Source: Spirochaetales bacterium | GTDB lineage: Bacteria; Spirochaetota; Spirochaetia; DSM-27196; SKKC01 | Direction: 5' to 3' | DNA: 44,086 nt | NCBI GenBank assembly: GCA_007135605.1 | Contig: SLIN01000043.1 | Location: 1-44,086 of the forward strand | In this document: piece by piece, positions 27,953 through 38,069 of the stretch | Layout of the letters: each line of letters opens with the position of its first letter | Numbering within the stretch: the first letter of the stretch is position 1 | The notes under the pieces: generated by a model | Databases searched by the model: none | Seen by the model: only the letters and a program-made list of their open reading frames with translations | What the model was told of the DNA's origin: nothing | Position numbers and translations under genes: made by a program

Positions 27953-29698
27953 ATGGCGTCAAAGTCGGGAAGGAGAAAGAGTGGGCGGGGAGCGCGGTCT
28001 CGAGGCGCGGCGCCAACCTCGTCGCCACGCCGGAATCAGGTCGGCGCGTCCACATCTGCGCAGGCGGATCGGCACGATTCGGTGACATCGGCTCGGGATC
28101 GTATGCCGGCACGGCGCACGCTTTTCGACCTCCTGTTGCTCGCCGTCTCGGCGCTCCTTTTCACCTTTAGTTTCCCACACTTTCTCAGCGACGCAGGGTG
28201 GTGGCCGTTGGCGTACGTCGCAATTGCGCCGGCGGTCTACGTAGTGAACAAGTCCGGCCTGCTGCGGGCAGCACTGTACGGGTTGGTGTACGGCCTGGTG
28301 AGCTACATGCTCCACAACTACTGGATCGGCAGCTTTCACGTGCTGGCGATCCTCATCGTTCCACTGATCTACGGCGTCTACTATGTCGTACTCTTTCCGT
28401 TGCTGCAGCTGGCGAAGCGGTTCTTCCCGAGAAACGGCTATCTCGTGCAAACGGCCATCTGGGTCGGTTATGAGTACCTGCGCACTCTCGGATTCCTCGG
28501 TTACGCGTACGGTATTCTGGGATACTCGCAATACCGGATTCCGGCGCTTGTACGCTTTTCGAGTGTGCCGGGCGTTTTGGGGGTGTCGCTGCTCGTCGTG
28601 CTCCCGTCCATGCTGTTGGCGACCATCTTCTTGAGCGTCAAAGTCGATGATCTCTCCGGTACCGTGCGGCAGGCATTCCTACGGTATCGTATCGACTTCG
28701 GAGCATACGCGGTCGCACTCGCGGCGGCGCTTCTCGTCGGCGGAGTTGTACTGCGCACCGATTATTCCGGCAGCCGGAATTGGCGGGTTGCGCTGGTTCA
28801 GCAGAATGTCGACCCACACCAGGGCGGGCTCGCCGCCTATGAGGAGAGTCTCCGTCGTTCGATCCGCCAGAGCGAGGCGGCGCTCGCCGAGGACGACTCG
28901 ATCGAGACGGTAATATGGTCGGAGACGAGCTTCGTTCCGCCGATCGGCTACCACTCGCAGTTTCGTGAGAATCCGGACACGCTCGCGCTCGTGAATCGGA
29001 TCCGCGCCTTCATGGCAGAACAGACGGTTCCGTATATCATCGGAAACAGCGATGCACGGCGGGAGCGCCAGGAAGACGGGACCGTTTCGCGAGTCGACTA
29101 CAATGCCACGCTCCTCTTCGAAGAAGGTGAAATCGTCGAAACGTACCGGAAGGTGCATCTCGTCCCGTTCACCGAAAACTTTCCGTACGATGGTATGCTT
29201 TTCGGTTGGATGCGTGACATATTGCTTGAGTTTGATACCCATTTCTGGGGTGAAGGCACCGAGTACACCGTTTTTGAGACATCCGATGGAGTGCGATTCT
29301 CCACGCCTATCTGTTTCGAGGATACGTTCGGCTATCTTTCGCGGGAGTTCGTACGAGAGGGCGCCGAGGTAATCGTTAATCTTACGAACGATCGCTGGGC
29401 GAACAGCGTGTCCGCCGCAATGCAGCATTTCGCGATGTCGGTGTTTCGCGCAGGCGAGAACCGGCGGACCATGGTACGCGGAACGAATGGCGGCATTACC
29501 GCCGTCGTTGATCCAAACGGTGTCATTACCGCGATCGACGAACCGTTGGTCGAAAGCTACCTGATTGCCGACGCGCCGGTATATACCGATTCGCAGACGG
29601 TGTATACCCGATTCGGTGACTGGTTCGCCGTCATCGTGCTCGCCGGTGCGGCGATCGCCATGATATTCGGAGCGGTGCGCGACGGACGAAGACGGTAG
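27953..29698 (+). CDS. lnt: Apolipoprotein N-acyltransferase, copy 1
   Basis: Multiple TMs and the nitrilase triad WSET / YRKVHLVPF / PICFED, plus NLTNDRW. Confidence 0.93.
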   Translation: MASKSGRRKSGRGARSRGAAPTSSPRRNQVGASTSAQADRHDSVTSARDRMPARRTLFDLLLLAVSALLFTFSFPHFLSDAGWWPLAYVAIAPAVYVVNKSGLLRAALYGLVYGLVSYMLHNYWIGSFHVLAILIVPLIYGVYYVVLFPLLQLAKRFFPRNGYLVQTAIWVGYEYLRTLGFLGYAYGILGYSQYRIPALVRFSSVPGVLGVSLLVVLPSMLLATIFLSVKVDDLSGTVRQAFLRYRIDFGAYAVALAAALLVGGVVLRTDYSGSRNWRVALVQQNVDPHQGGLAAYEESLRRSIRQSEAALAEDDSIETVIWSETSFVPPIGYHSQFRENPDTLALVNRIRAFMAEQTVPYIIGNSDARRERQEDGTVSRVDYNATLLFEEGEIVETYRKVHLVPFTENFPYDGMLFGWMRDILLEFDTHFWGEGTEYTVFETSDGVRFSTPICFEDTFGYLSREFVREGAEVIVNLTNDRWANSVSAAMQHFAMSVFRAGENRRTMVRGTNGGITAVVDPNGVITAIDEPLVESYLIADAPVYTDSQTVYTRFGDWFAVIVLAGAAIAMIFGAVRDGRRR

Positions 29699-29743
29699 GG
29701 CGGTTCACGCACGTGCGGTGCTTCGCGTCGCCGTGACCTTACA

Positions 29744-29773
29744 TTGACAAGCGGGAGTTGTCCGATAAAGAAT
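29744..29773 (+). promoter_or_regulatory. Candidate promoter of the response-regulator operon
   Basis: TTGACA at 29744-29749. The -10 is weak (AAGAAT at 18 nt or TAAAGA at 16 nt). Confidence 0.4.
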
Positions 29774-29786
29774 CGGCGACGACGGA

Positions 29787-30527
29787 ATGCACAGAAGCGA
29801 AACGATTTTAATCGTCGACGACGAGCCCATTAATCTCGACTTCTTCGAGGTAATGCTGTCGAAGCTTGGCTTCGACGTATGCCGAGCCTCCGACGGCGAA
29901 GAAGGGTTGCAGCAGGCTCTCGATATGAAGCCCGACCTCATTGTAGTCGACAATATCATGCCGCGTATGACCGGCTGGGAAATGACGCGGGCACTGAAGA
30001 ACGACGCCGAATACGAGACGATCCGGGATGTTCCGGTGATCATGTTCTCGGCCATGGACGATGTAAAGGATAAGATCGAGGGCTTTGAGCTCGGTGTCGA
30101 GGACTATATCACCAAGCCGTTTAACTTCTCCGAGGTTCTCGCCAGAATCAAAGCGGTATTGCGACACAGAGAGATGGCCGAACAGGTGGTGAGACGGGAG
30201 CGGCGAATTGCGGTGACGCAATCGCTGAACAAGTCGCTTGTCTATTTCACCGAGAAGCTTCGCGAACCGATGATCGAGCTGCGGGCTCGTGCGGATACCT
30301 TGCCACTCGATGACCGCCAGGCGCTCGAGGAGTTCGTTTCCGAAGTAAAACACGAGGCCGACTCGACTATCGCCGCGCTCGACGCGCTTCAGAGCGAGAT
30401 CGATGACCTTACCCGGCAGGGTGACGAGATAAGAGAAGAGGAAGTTACCGTCGAGGTACTCGATCGAAAGTATCGAGAGCGGTTTGAGACCGGCAAGAAG
30501 CCGGACACGGACGGTAATCGTGGTTAG
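29787..30527 (+). CDS. Response regulator: receiver domain plus C-terminal helical domain
   Basis: ILIVDDE, PDLIVVDNIMP (phospho-Asp), MFSA, YITKPF. The C-terminus is helical and has no recognisable DNA-binding domain. Confidence 0.9.
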   Translation: MHRSETILIVDDEPINLDFFEVMLSKLGFDVCRASDGEEGLQQALDMKPDLIVVDNIMPRMTGWEMTRALKNDAEYETIRDVPVIMFSAMDDVKDKIEGFELGVEDYITKPFNFSEVLARIKAVLRHREMAEQVVRRERRIAVTQSLNKSLVYFTEKLREPMIELRARADTLPLDDRQALEEFVSEVKHEADSTIAALDALQSEIDDLTRQGDEIREEEVTVEVLDRKYRERFETGKKPDTDGNRG

Positions 30528-30741
30528 CGAAGAAAAACGCGCCGCGTGCGAGAAGTTCTCCGAGGGCAGACGTCATTACAAACTTCGAGACTTCGAGCAG
30601 GCGCTCGCTTGCTTCGAGTCGGCGCTCGAACACGATCCGACCGACGGGCCGTCGCAGGTTTATGTGGAGCGCTGTAGGCACTATCTCGAGTATCCGCCTC
30701 CCGCGGATTGGGACGGAGTTTTCGAGATGCAAACTAAGTAG
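30520..30741 (+). CDS. Small TPR-like protein resembling the C-terminal tail of class III adenylate/guanylate cyclases
   Basis: FEQALACFESALEHDPTDGPSQVYVERC...PPPADWDGVFEMQTK. GTG start overlaps the regulator end. Confidence 0.78.
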   Translation: MVSEEKRAACEKFSEGRRHYKLRDFEQALACFESALEHDPTDGPSQVYVERCRHYLEYPPPADWDGVFEMQTK

Positions 30742-30761
30742 GAAGCGGTGAAAGCGGAATA

Positions 30762-31187
30762 ATGGCACGAAATCAAGGCGGAAAGGCGCCGCGTACTGCG
30801 ACGCGAATCGGTACAGGTACGCTGCTCAAGGGAAAGCTGCGTTTCCGTGAATCGTTAAGCATCAGTGGTACGTTTGAAGGCGAGATTGAGTCCGACGGGA
30901 TGCTCTACATTCATGAGAACGCGGTCGTCCGCGCGGATGTACGTGCACGAGCGATCGTCATCGGCGGCACCCTTCGCGGGAATGCACACGCGACGGAACG
31001 CGTCGAGATGCTTCCCGCAGCGAAGATGTACGGGAACGTACGGACGGCGCGAGTGCGGATCGGCGAAGGGGTCATTTTTGAAGGGAAGTGCGAGATGATC
31101 AAGAATGTGAATGCGGTCGATATTTTTGCCGTTCCCGCAAACCAGCTTCGGAAGAGCGTACAGGGCGTCTTTCAGTCGGAGGGGTAG
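30762..31187 (+). CDS. Bactofilin, second copy
   Basis: TRIGTGTLLKGKL...ISGTFEGEI...IGGTLRGN...GNVRT...IGEGVIFEGKCEM. Confidence 0.9.
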   Translation: MARNQGGKAPRTATRIGTGTLLKGKLRFRESLSISGTFEGEIESDGMLYIHENAVVRADVRARAIVIGGTLRGNAHATERVEMLPAAKMYGNVRTARVRIGEGVIFEGKCEMIKNVNAVDIFAVPANQLRKSVQGVFQSEG

Positions 31188-31291
31188 TGGCCGCTCTCCT
31201 GAAGTCGGGAGACACCGTCGTCATTCCCGGATACCAACGGGAGGGCACGTTGCAGCGACCCACAGCGACATACCTGGAAGCTCGCGCATAG
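31187..31291 (+). CDS. Possible 34-aa small protein coupled to the bactofilin gene
   Basis: GTG overlaps the bactofilin stop (TAGTG) after GGAGGGG. No recognisable family. Confidence 0.25.
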   Translation: MAALLKSGDTVVIPGYQREGTLQRPTATYLEARA

Positions 31292-31298
31292 TGCGGAG

Positions 31299-31349
31299 CG
31301 GTTTCGGGGGTTGCCGCATCTGACGGACGGAGACACGGCAACGAAACCG
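31299..31349 (+). terminator. GC-rich stem-loop after the bactofilin operon, without a U-tract
   Basis: CGGTTTC/GAAACCG and GTTGCCG/CGGCAAC arms. Confidence 0.35.
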
Positions 31350-31358
31350 GCGGTGTAG

Positions 31359-31387
31359 TTGACAGACGCTCCGCTTAGAGCTATGAT
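31359..31387 (+). promoter_or_regulatory. Sigma70-type promoter of rho
   Basis: TTGACA (31359-31364), 17 nt, TATGAT (31382-31387). Confidence 0.75.
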
Positions 31388-31627
31388 TTTGTCAGGTCTT
31401 GAGTGGAGGTTCCGCCTCCCGCTTGAGCTCAGTCAAGCCTTTGCGGCGGCTCCCTGCGAACATCGTGGATTTCACATAACGGTATATAAAAACGGGGCTA
31501 CGCTATAGCGTTCCCTGCGCAGGGTGATCACAAACGAGAGCATTTCCCGATAGAAGTAATTACCCGGCTACGAGCAAGCATGAACCGAACCCAAATCGAT
31601 GACAATGCAGAACACCTGGAGTGTTGA

Positions 31628-33358
31628 ATGGCATCAATGCGAATAAGACGAAATGCACACGACGGTTCCGATGGGAGTGTTCCCTCGGACGACACACAGC
31701 ATGAGTTCGAAATGACCACCGAAGGTGGAAGTGACGAAACGACCGACTCCGACGAGCACGATTCCTCCAAGAGTCGAGCGACCGTTCGGAAGAAGCGGGT
31801 GCGCGCCACGAAGTCGAAAGATGACTCCGACTCGGACAATGGGGGCGCAAGCGACAACGACGAGGGACGGGAACGAGCATCGGAGAGCTCACCCGAGGCC
31901 GGAACGAACGGAGACGGCGAGGAGCGCCGCAGCGGAAACCGAAGTCGGTCCGGGCGACGGAGAGGTGGACGCAATTCGAGCGGTGGAGGCAATAACGGAG
32001 GTGGCGTTCCCACACCGACAAGTCCCCCGCCCACGTTGAACACCGGCGATTACCGCACTGCTACCGACTGGGAGTACGACGGCAAGGCGCTGTCGATAAA
32101 CGACCTCATCTGGATGAATCTCAAGGATTTGCGCAGTTTCGGTGCCAAGTTCGGTATTAGCCACGACAACCTGATTTCCATGAAGAAGCAGGAAGTTGTG
32201 TTCGCCATTCTGAAAGCGCATACCGAACGGAACGGTAACGTATACGCGTACGGTTCGCTGGAAATCCTCCCGGACGGATACGGCTTCCTGCGAAGTCCGC
32301 AGAACTCGTACCTGTCCGGTCCGGACGATATATATATTTCGCCGTCACAGATCCGTTTGTTCAACCTGAAGACCGGCGATACGGTCTACGGGCAGATTCG
32401 CCCCCCGAAGGAGGGAGAGCGATTCTTCGCGATGCTTCGCGTCGAGACCGTCAACTTTGACAACCCGAGTGTCGCGCAATCTCGAATCCCTTTCGATAAC
32501 CTCACGCCGCTCTATCCGGATATTCGACTTAACATGGAGACGGCGAAAGGTGACGCTGCGACCCGCATGATCAACCTCTTCTGCCCCATCGGCAAGGGGC
32601 AGCGCGGCCTGATCGTCAGCCCGCCTCGTACGGGAAAGACGGTGTTGCTGCAGAAGATAGCCAACGCTATTACGGAGAATCATCCCGAGGTGTATATGAT
32701 CGTTCTGCTCATCGATGAACGACCGGAAGAGGTCACCGATATGCAGCGGAACGTGAAAGCGGAAGTAGTTGCCTCGACGTTCGACGAGCAGGCTACCCGC
32801 CATGTTCAGGTCGCCGAGATGGTGCTCGAAAAGGCCCGGCGGCTGGTTGAACACAAGAAAGATGTGGTTATTCTGCTCGACTCGATCACTCGACTCGCGC
32901 GCGCCTACAATCAGACCGTACCGACGAGCGGCAAGATCCTCTCCGGTGGTGTCGACTCGAACGCCCTTCACAAGCCGAAACGCTTCTTCGGCGCTGCTCG
33001 GAATATTGAGGATGGCGGTAGTCTCACCGTCGTTGCGACCGCGCTGATTGAGACCGGCAGCCGCATGGATGAAGTCATCTTCGAGGAGTTTAAAGGCACC
33101 GGCAATATGGAGATTATCCTCGATCGCCGGCTGGCCGATCGGCGCCTCTTCCCGGCGATCAATATCAAGCGCTCCGGAACACGAAAGGAAGATCTGCTCC
33201 TGACCGAGGAGGAGCTGAACAAGATGTGGGTCCTGCGGAAGGTGATCAACCCCATGGACGACGTAGAGATCATCGAGCTGCTTGTTGACAGGCTTCGGAA
33301 GACCAAGAACAATGACGCGTTCCTCAGATCCATGAATACCTCGACGGTCGGCGAGTAG
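31628..33358 (+). CDS. rho: Transcription termination factor Rho with long N-terminal low-complexity extension
   Basis: [63 protein letters not shown]. Confidence 0.98.
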   Translation: MASMRIRRNAHDGSDGSVPSDDTQHEFEMTTEGGSDETTDSDEHDSSKSRATVRKKRVRATKSKDDSDSDNGGASDNDEGRERASESSPEAGTNGDGEERRSGNRSRSGRRRGGRNSSGGGNNGGGVPTPTSPPPTLNTGDYRTATDWEYDGKALSINDLIWMNLKDLRSFGAKFGISHDNLISMKKQEVVFAILKAHTERNGNVYAYGSLEILPDGYGFLRSPQNSYLSGPDDIYISPSQIRLFNLKTGDTVYGQIRPPKEGERFFAMLRVETVNFDNPSVAQSRIPFDNLTPLYPDIRLNMETAKGDAATRMINLFCPIGKGQRGLIVSPPRTGKTVLLQKIANAITENHPEVYMIVLLIDERPEEVTDMQRNVKAEVVASTFDEQATRHVQVAEMVLEKARRLVEHKKDVVILLDSITRLARAYNQTVPTSGKILSGGVDSNALHKPKRFFGAARNIEDGGSLTVVATALIETGSRMDEVIFEEFKGTGNMEIILDRRLADRRLFPAINIKRSGTRKEDLLLTEEELNKMWVLRKVINPMDDVEIIELLVDRLRKTKNNDAFLRSMNTSTVGE

Positions 33359-33384
33359 GATCGGACGTTTAAGGAGACAGCATC

Positions 33385-33633
33385 GTGAAAAAAGGAATAC
33401 ATCCCGAGTATCGACCGGTGGTTTTCAAGGACAGCTCCACCGGAACCATGTTTCTCACCCGCTCGACGGTGGAAACAAGCGAGACGGTCCAGTACGAGGA
33501 CGGGAATGAATACCCGCTCTTTACCGTGGAAATCTCGAGCGCCTCACACCCGTTTTACACCGGGAAACAGCAGCTGGTAGATACTACCGGTCGCGTGGAA
33601 CGCTTCAAGAAGCGCTACAATATCAAGAATTGA
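33385..33633 (+). CDS. rpmE: 50S ribosomal protein L31, type B (no Zn cysteines)
   Basis: [16 protein letters not shown]...[14 protein letters not shown]...[18 protein letters not shown]. Confidence 0.96.
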   Translation: MKKGIHPEYRPVVFKDSSTGTMFLTRSTVETSETVQYEDGNEYPLFTVEISSASHPFYTGKQQLVDTTGRVERFKKRYNIKN

Positions 33634-35329
33634 TCCGGCGCGAATCGCGATACGCAACAGCCGCGACCGCCGCAGCGGTTGCGACGATCATTATCCAGGC
33701 AAACAGATCGCCGATGCGGTGATAGACTGTTAACGGTTCGTCAGCGTAGATCGGTACTTCCACCGACAGCGAAGCGGCCTCGAACATCGGTAGCGAGGCC
33801 GTTTGCGCCCCGGTGCGGTCGACGACTCCCGTCAGCCCGGAGTTCGTAGAGCGTATGAGTGCCCGGCGAGCTTCGATCCCGCGGAAACGCGCTGCGACGA
33901 AGTGCTGGTATTGGGCGGAGTTCGTCTCCGACCAGGCGTTGTTGGTCAGATTTACGAATACATCGGCCCCGGCATGAGTCATTTCGCGCACAATCGGGGC
34001 GAAGGCATCCTCAAAACAGATCGGCGCCGCACCGGCCACCGTACCGTTACGGGCCGGTAGCTCGAATACCGTTTGTTCGCTCCCCATTGCCCATACTGCC
34101 TGCAGCCCGACAACCTCCCTGAAGAAGCGGCGCACGAATGGAAGCTCCCAGAACGGAATATGCTCGGCGAACGGAACGAGCTGCTGCTTCCCGTATCGTT
34201 GGAGTATCTCTCCGGTACCGGGTTCGATCAGCAAGGCAGCATTCCACGCCTCGCCGCTTTCGCGATCGATCACGTACGGACTGCCGGTCATAAGCGGTAT
34301 CTCGAGATCGGCTATGAAGTCGGTAAGCGGATAGTTTGCGGGAGTCCGGCTGTAGTACCCCTCCTGATACTCTGCATACGGAAGAGAGAGCGAATTTTCG
34401 CTCCAGACGAGCAGGTCGTGTTCGTTACGCTCGAGTCCGTCCAGCGATAGACTCTGCAGCTGCTGAACGGTATGCCCGAGATTGCCGGGTGCCCATGAGT
34501 CGGTGTTCTGCTGTACGAGAAGCGCTCGCAGAGTATCGGTGGGCTCTCTCGATTCATTCAGCCGCTGCCGGCCGTAGGCGAAGGCGACGACGAAGAGCCC
34601 GGCGGCGACAACGAGGTGGGCGACCGCCGGTGCGGTAGCGTGCGTTCGGAGCAAGCGGGTTGCCCGGCGCGGGAGCGTGCCGGTTGCCGCGATGGATCGC
34701 TCCTGCGGCTCGAAGTGCCATGCGGCGCCGACGGTTCGGCCGGAGAGAAGCGGTTTCTCCCGGAGGTCGCCGACCCACAATTCCGCCAGGGCGGCGTTCG
34801 CGTAGACCACGAGGAAGGTCAGTCCGTATACACCGGTGACATCGGCGATTTGCATCGCCGGAAGAACGTCGCCGAATGAATAGGCGGCGAGACCCCACGG
34901 ATATCCGAGATAGCCTATGCTCTTCAATAGCTCGTAGCCGGTCCACGCGGCGGTGAAAGCAAGCGGACGGATGTGGCGGGGCAAGCGGAGAATGGTATAC
35001 AATACCGCGGCGAGAAGAGCATTATATCCGATATAGCCGACGGTAGGCCCGCCGAGAGTCCAGGCGGAGAATTCCCCGAAATTCGCGAGCCAGTAGTTGG
35101 AGAGCATGGTCGAGATTGCGCCGAATACCGCCCCGGCACGTATGGCGGAGCGCATGTCGGCGGCGAAGAGAAACGCCGCATAGAGCGGTATGAGACTTAC
35201 GATGCCGATGACGGGGCTGCCGTACGGAAGGAATTCGTTTGGAAGCGCCGCGGAATAGGTCACCGCAGAAAGAAGTGCGAGCGTGGGTGCCCTCATACGC
35301 ATACAAATGATATACTGCTTTTCCGGCAT
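33623..35329 (-). CDS. lnt: Apolipoprotein N-acyltransferase, copy 2
   Basis: GYPWG, triad WSENS / [11 protein letters not shown] / [21 protein letters not shown]. Start uncertain. Confidence 0.9.
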   Translation of the reverse strand: MPEKQYIICMRMRAPTLALLSAVTYSAALPNEFLPYGSPVIGIVSLIPLYAAFLFAADMRSAIRAGAVFGAISTMLSNYWLANFGEFSAWTLGGPTVGYIGYNALLAAVLYTILRLPRHIRPLAFTAAWTGYELLKSIGYLGYPWGLAAYSFGDVLPAMQIADVTGVYGLTFLVVYANAALAELWVGDLREKPLLSGRTVGAAWHFEPQERSIAATGTLPRRATRLLRTHATAPAVAHLVVAAGLFVVAFAYGRQRLNESREPTDTLRALLVQQNTDSWAPGNLGHTVQQLQSLSLDGLERNEHDLLVWSENSLSLPYAEYQEGYYSRTPANYPLTDFIADLEIPLMTGSPYVIDRESGEAWNAALLIEPGTGEILQRYGKQQLVPFAEHIPFWELPFVRRFFREVVGLQAVWAMGSEQTVFELPARNGTVAGAAPICFEDAFAPIVREMTHAGADVFVNLTNNAWSETNSAQYQHFVAARFRGIEARRALIRSTNSGLTGVVDRTGAQTASLPMFEAASLSVEVPIYADEPLTVYHRIGDLFAWIMIVATAAAVAAVAYRDSRRINS

Positions 35330-35403
35330 TCAGCAACGGTAGCCGAATATAGTCTACTATGAGAGTCACTTCAGTGACGGAAGAATGTTTCATGTAGCAG
35401 GGG

Positions 35404-36615
35404 ATGTTGATGGCAGACAGCGACGTACGGATGTTACACAGCGCCGAATACAACGCTCCGCCGAAGGTCGTCGCCTTTGCTCCGGGCGTCGTACACCTTC
35501 TCGGCGAACACGTCGAACGCGCCGGTGTTCCGACTCTTTCGTTGGCGCTCAATCGGGGGGTTCATGTCGCCTTGAACCCTCGCCGCGACCTGAGTCTTCG
35601 CTTTTACGCTCCCGATTTCGGAGAACGGAAGCGTACCGGCGTGGCGAGCATTAAGCCTCGACGAGAAGATCGCTGGGCGAACGTACCGAAAGGTGTTATC
35701 GCGTACGCGCTCTCGCGCGGCCATCGTATGAAAGGGCTCGACATTACGATAATGGGCGACGTCCCGATAAGTCGCGGTCTGGCATCAAGCACAGCGGTAT
35801 GCGTCGCGATGGCGCTCGCTCTCGAATGTCTGCTCGATTTGCCGAGGGGTAGTATCGATGCGGTGCGCGCGGCGGAATATGCCGAAAGGGAATACGCGAG
35901 TATGCGTCCGAGCGAGGCGGACGCGGCAATCAGTTCGCTTGCCGATCCGGGCCCGGTCGTCATCTATCGACACGGCAGTCGAAGGATCGAGCCGGTCGGC
36001 CCCATCCCGAGTAGTGCGGTGCTGCTGCTCGTTGATTCGCGGGTTCCGCCCGAACCGGACGACGAGAAAGATTTCGGAGCGCGTGACAGTGTGCTGCTCG
36101 GTTGCGCGGATGTCGATCCCGACCGAGCGGTATCTTCCCCCGATAACGGCACGGACGGTCAGGAGAATGCCGGCGGAGGTAATCAGGTTCGCGACGTCAA
36201 GAACGACCTGAACGACCAGCTCGAACAGTTGCCGCCTCGTGAGCGGCGAACGTGCCTGCATGTGATGAACGAGGTGGAACGGGTCGAGCTTGCGAAGGAT
36301 GCGGTTCTGAAAGGAGATGCGAACGCCCTCGGCCGCCTGATCAGCCGGTCTCATGAGAATATCGGCGATCTGCTCGAGCTCAGTTGCCCGGAGCTCGACT
36401 GGCTTGCGAAGCATACCCGCGACATTCGGGGCGTGTACGGAAGTCGTCTCACCGGCCCCGGCCTCGGCGGATATCTTGCGACGCTGACCTCTCGCGAAGC
36501 TATGGAGGCGATCCGCGAGCGTCTGAACGATTACGAGCGGATTTTCGGGTTCGAAACGGACTGGATTGAAGTTGACAAAGGTTACCCCGCACAGGTTCAC
36601 GAAACGGCGAAATAG
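35404..36615 (-). other. No minus-strand gene called here; see the plus-strand GHMP kinase
   Basis: The antisense ORF 35785-36600 is a shadow of the plus-strand gene. Confidence 0.05.
35404..36615 (+). CDS. Galactokinase-like GHMP kinase family protein (divergent)
   Basis: APGVVHLLGEH, WANVPKGV, VPISRGLASSTA, LELSCPELDWL, GSRLTGPGLGG. Confidence 0.85.
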   Translation: MLMADSDVRMLHSAEYNAPPKVVAFAPGVVHLLGEHVERAGVPTLSLALNRGVHVALNPRRDLSLRFYAPDFGERKRTGVASIKPRREDRWANVPKGVIAYALSRGHRMKGLDITIMGDVPISRGLASSTAVCVAMALALECLLDLPRGSIDAVRAAEYAEREYASMRPSEADAAISSLADPGPVVIYRHGSRRIEPVGPIPSSAVLLLVDSRVPPEPDDEKDFGARDSVLLGCADVDPDRAVSSPDNGTDGQENAGGGNQVRDVKNDLNDQLEQLPPRERRTCLHVMNEVERVELAKDAVLKGDANALGRLISRSHENIGDLLELSCPELDWLAKHTRDIRGVYGSRLTGPGLGGYLATLTSREAMEAIRERLNDYERIFGFETDWIEVDKGYPAQVHETAK

Positions 36616-36647
36616 CGATACAGTATGCTCTGGCTGGGTAGGGGAGC

Positions 36648-37391
36648 ATGAATATTCTGATCACCAACGACGACGGGATCGAGAGTCCGGGTCTGCAGGC
36701 CCTCGTCGAAGCGCTCTCGTCGGACCACCATGTAGATGTCATCGCACCCGATGGGGAGCGCAGCGGCATGTCGCACTACCTCACGATGAAGGGTGCGATT
36801 CGCTGCCGCAGGATCGACGGCCGCGGTTATGTGATCAGCGGCTCACCCGCCGATTGTGTAATACTCGGCGTGCTCGGCGTACTCGATTCCAAGCCGGATG
36901 TCGTGCTTTCGGGCATTAATCTGGGCGCAAATCTCGGAACCGATGTCGTGTATTCCGGTACGGCAGCCGCGGCTCGTCAGGCCGCGTTCATGGGTATTCC
37001 CGGAATCGCCGTAAGCTTGACCGATGCCGAACCTCCGTGCAATTTCTCTCCGCTCGTACGCTTCGTCTCACAGAGGCTCCACGAGCTGGTCCGCCTGTGG
37101 GATCGCGAGCATTTCATCAACATAAATGCACCGAACCGCGAAGGCGAGGAGTTGCCGGTCGTTCTTACACGATTGTGCCGGAGGCACTATGGGAATCGAC
37201 TTCGCAACCATGCGGGCCGGAATGGCGAGATGTATTACTATCTCGACGGTGCTCCAACCAATAACGGGGTAGTTCCAGGCACCGACTGGGCTGCGGTCGA
37301 AGCAGGCTATATTTCGCTGTCGCCGGTCTCGATACACCCGGTTGAGTATACCGATGTCGGCGACTATCGGGAGGCCGAGTTTCTGGTCTGA
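36648..37391 (+). CDS. surE: 5'/3'-nucleotidase SurE
   Basis: ILITNDDGI, SGSPADCV, SGINLGANLG, YSGTAAAA. Confidence 0.96.
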   Translation: MNILITNDDGIESPGLQALVEALSSDHHVDVIAPDGERSGMSHYLTMKGAIRCRRIDGRGYVISGSPADCVILGVLGVLDSKPDVVLSGINLGANLGTDVVYSGTAAAARQAAFMGIPGIAVSLTDAEPPCNFSPLVRFVSQRLHELVRLWDREHFININAPNREGEELPVVLTRLCRRHYGNRLRNHAGRNGEMYYYLDGAPTNNGVVPGTDWAAVEAGYISLSPVSIHPVEYTDVGDYREAEFLV

Positions 37392-37397
37392 CGGAGG

Positions 37398-38069
37398 GTG
37401 ACAGGAGTGGACGAAGCGATCCGCCTGTACGAAGAGGGTAAGTACGAGGAAGCACTCGATGCCCTTTTGAATCTGGACGTTGACTCCGACCGGTACTCGG
37501 AGCTCTCATACTATCTCGGCCTCTGTTATACCCAGCTCGAACAGTACGACGAGGCGTTACTCTATCTCGAGCAGGTGGTGACCGCCGAGGTTTCCTTTGC
37601 GAAGATCTACCAGAGTCGCATGATACTCGGGTACATATACGCGATAACGGGTCGGTACCGTCTCGCGGAGTTCGAGTTCGCACGTCTGCTCGAGGATGGG
37701 TACGAGTCACCCAAGGTCTACTGCGCTCTCGCGTACAACCAGTATCATCAGAACAACATCGCCGCGGCGGTCACAAATCTTCAGAAAGCGTTGCAACTCG
37801 AGCCGAAGAATCCGACTGCGTTGAACAATCTTGGATTCGTGCTCGCCGAGAAAGGGGCGAAGCCGGCGCTTGCCGTTCGGTACTGCAAGGATGCCCTGTC
37901 TGCGAACCCGGAAAGTGCAACCTATCTCGACAGTCTGGGATGGGCCCTCCACAAGGCGGGTAACACCGATCAGGCGCAGAAAGTGCTGCGGCGTGCTCTC
38001 GAGCTCCGCCCCGAGGATCAGGAGATCCGTGAGCACCTCAGCGTGGTTACCCGCGAGGAGGCAGTGTAA
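37398..38069 (+). CDS. Tetratricopeptide repeat protein
   Basis: Multiple TPR units (YYLGLCY, ALNNLGFVLA, YLDSLGWAL). Confidence 0.9.
   Translation: MTGVDEAIRLYEEGKYEEALDALLNLDVDSDRYSELSYYLGLCYTQLEQYDEALLYLEQVVTAEVSFAKIYQSRMILGYIYAITGRYRLAEFEFARLLEDGYESPKVYCALAYNQYHQNNIAAAVTNLQKALQLEPKNPTALNNLGFVLAEKGAKPALAVRYCKDALSANPESATYLDSLGWALHKAGNTDQAQKVLRRALELRPEDQEIREHLSVVTREEAV

Noticed and set aside
31394-31627. tmRNA, 6S, SRP or RNase P RNA in the rho upstream region
   Set aside because: No tRNA-like ends, SRP loop or RNase P consensus could be seen. It is kept only as a candidate leader.
33623-33633. Convergent 3' overlaps (rpmE/lnt 11 nt; rlmB/purD 4 nt at 14470-14473)
   Set aside because: Short stop-codon overlaps are common in compact genomes and nothing suggests a special function.
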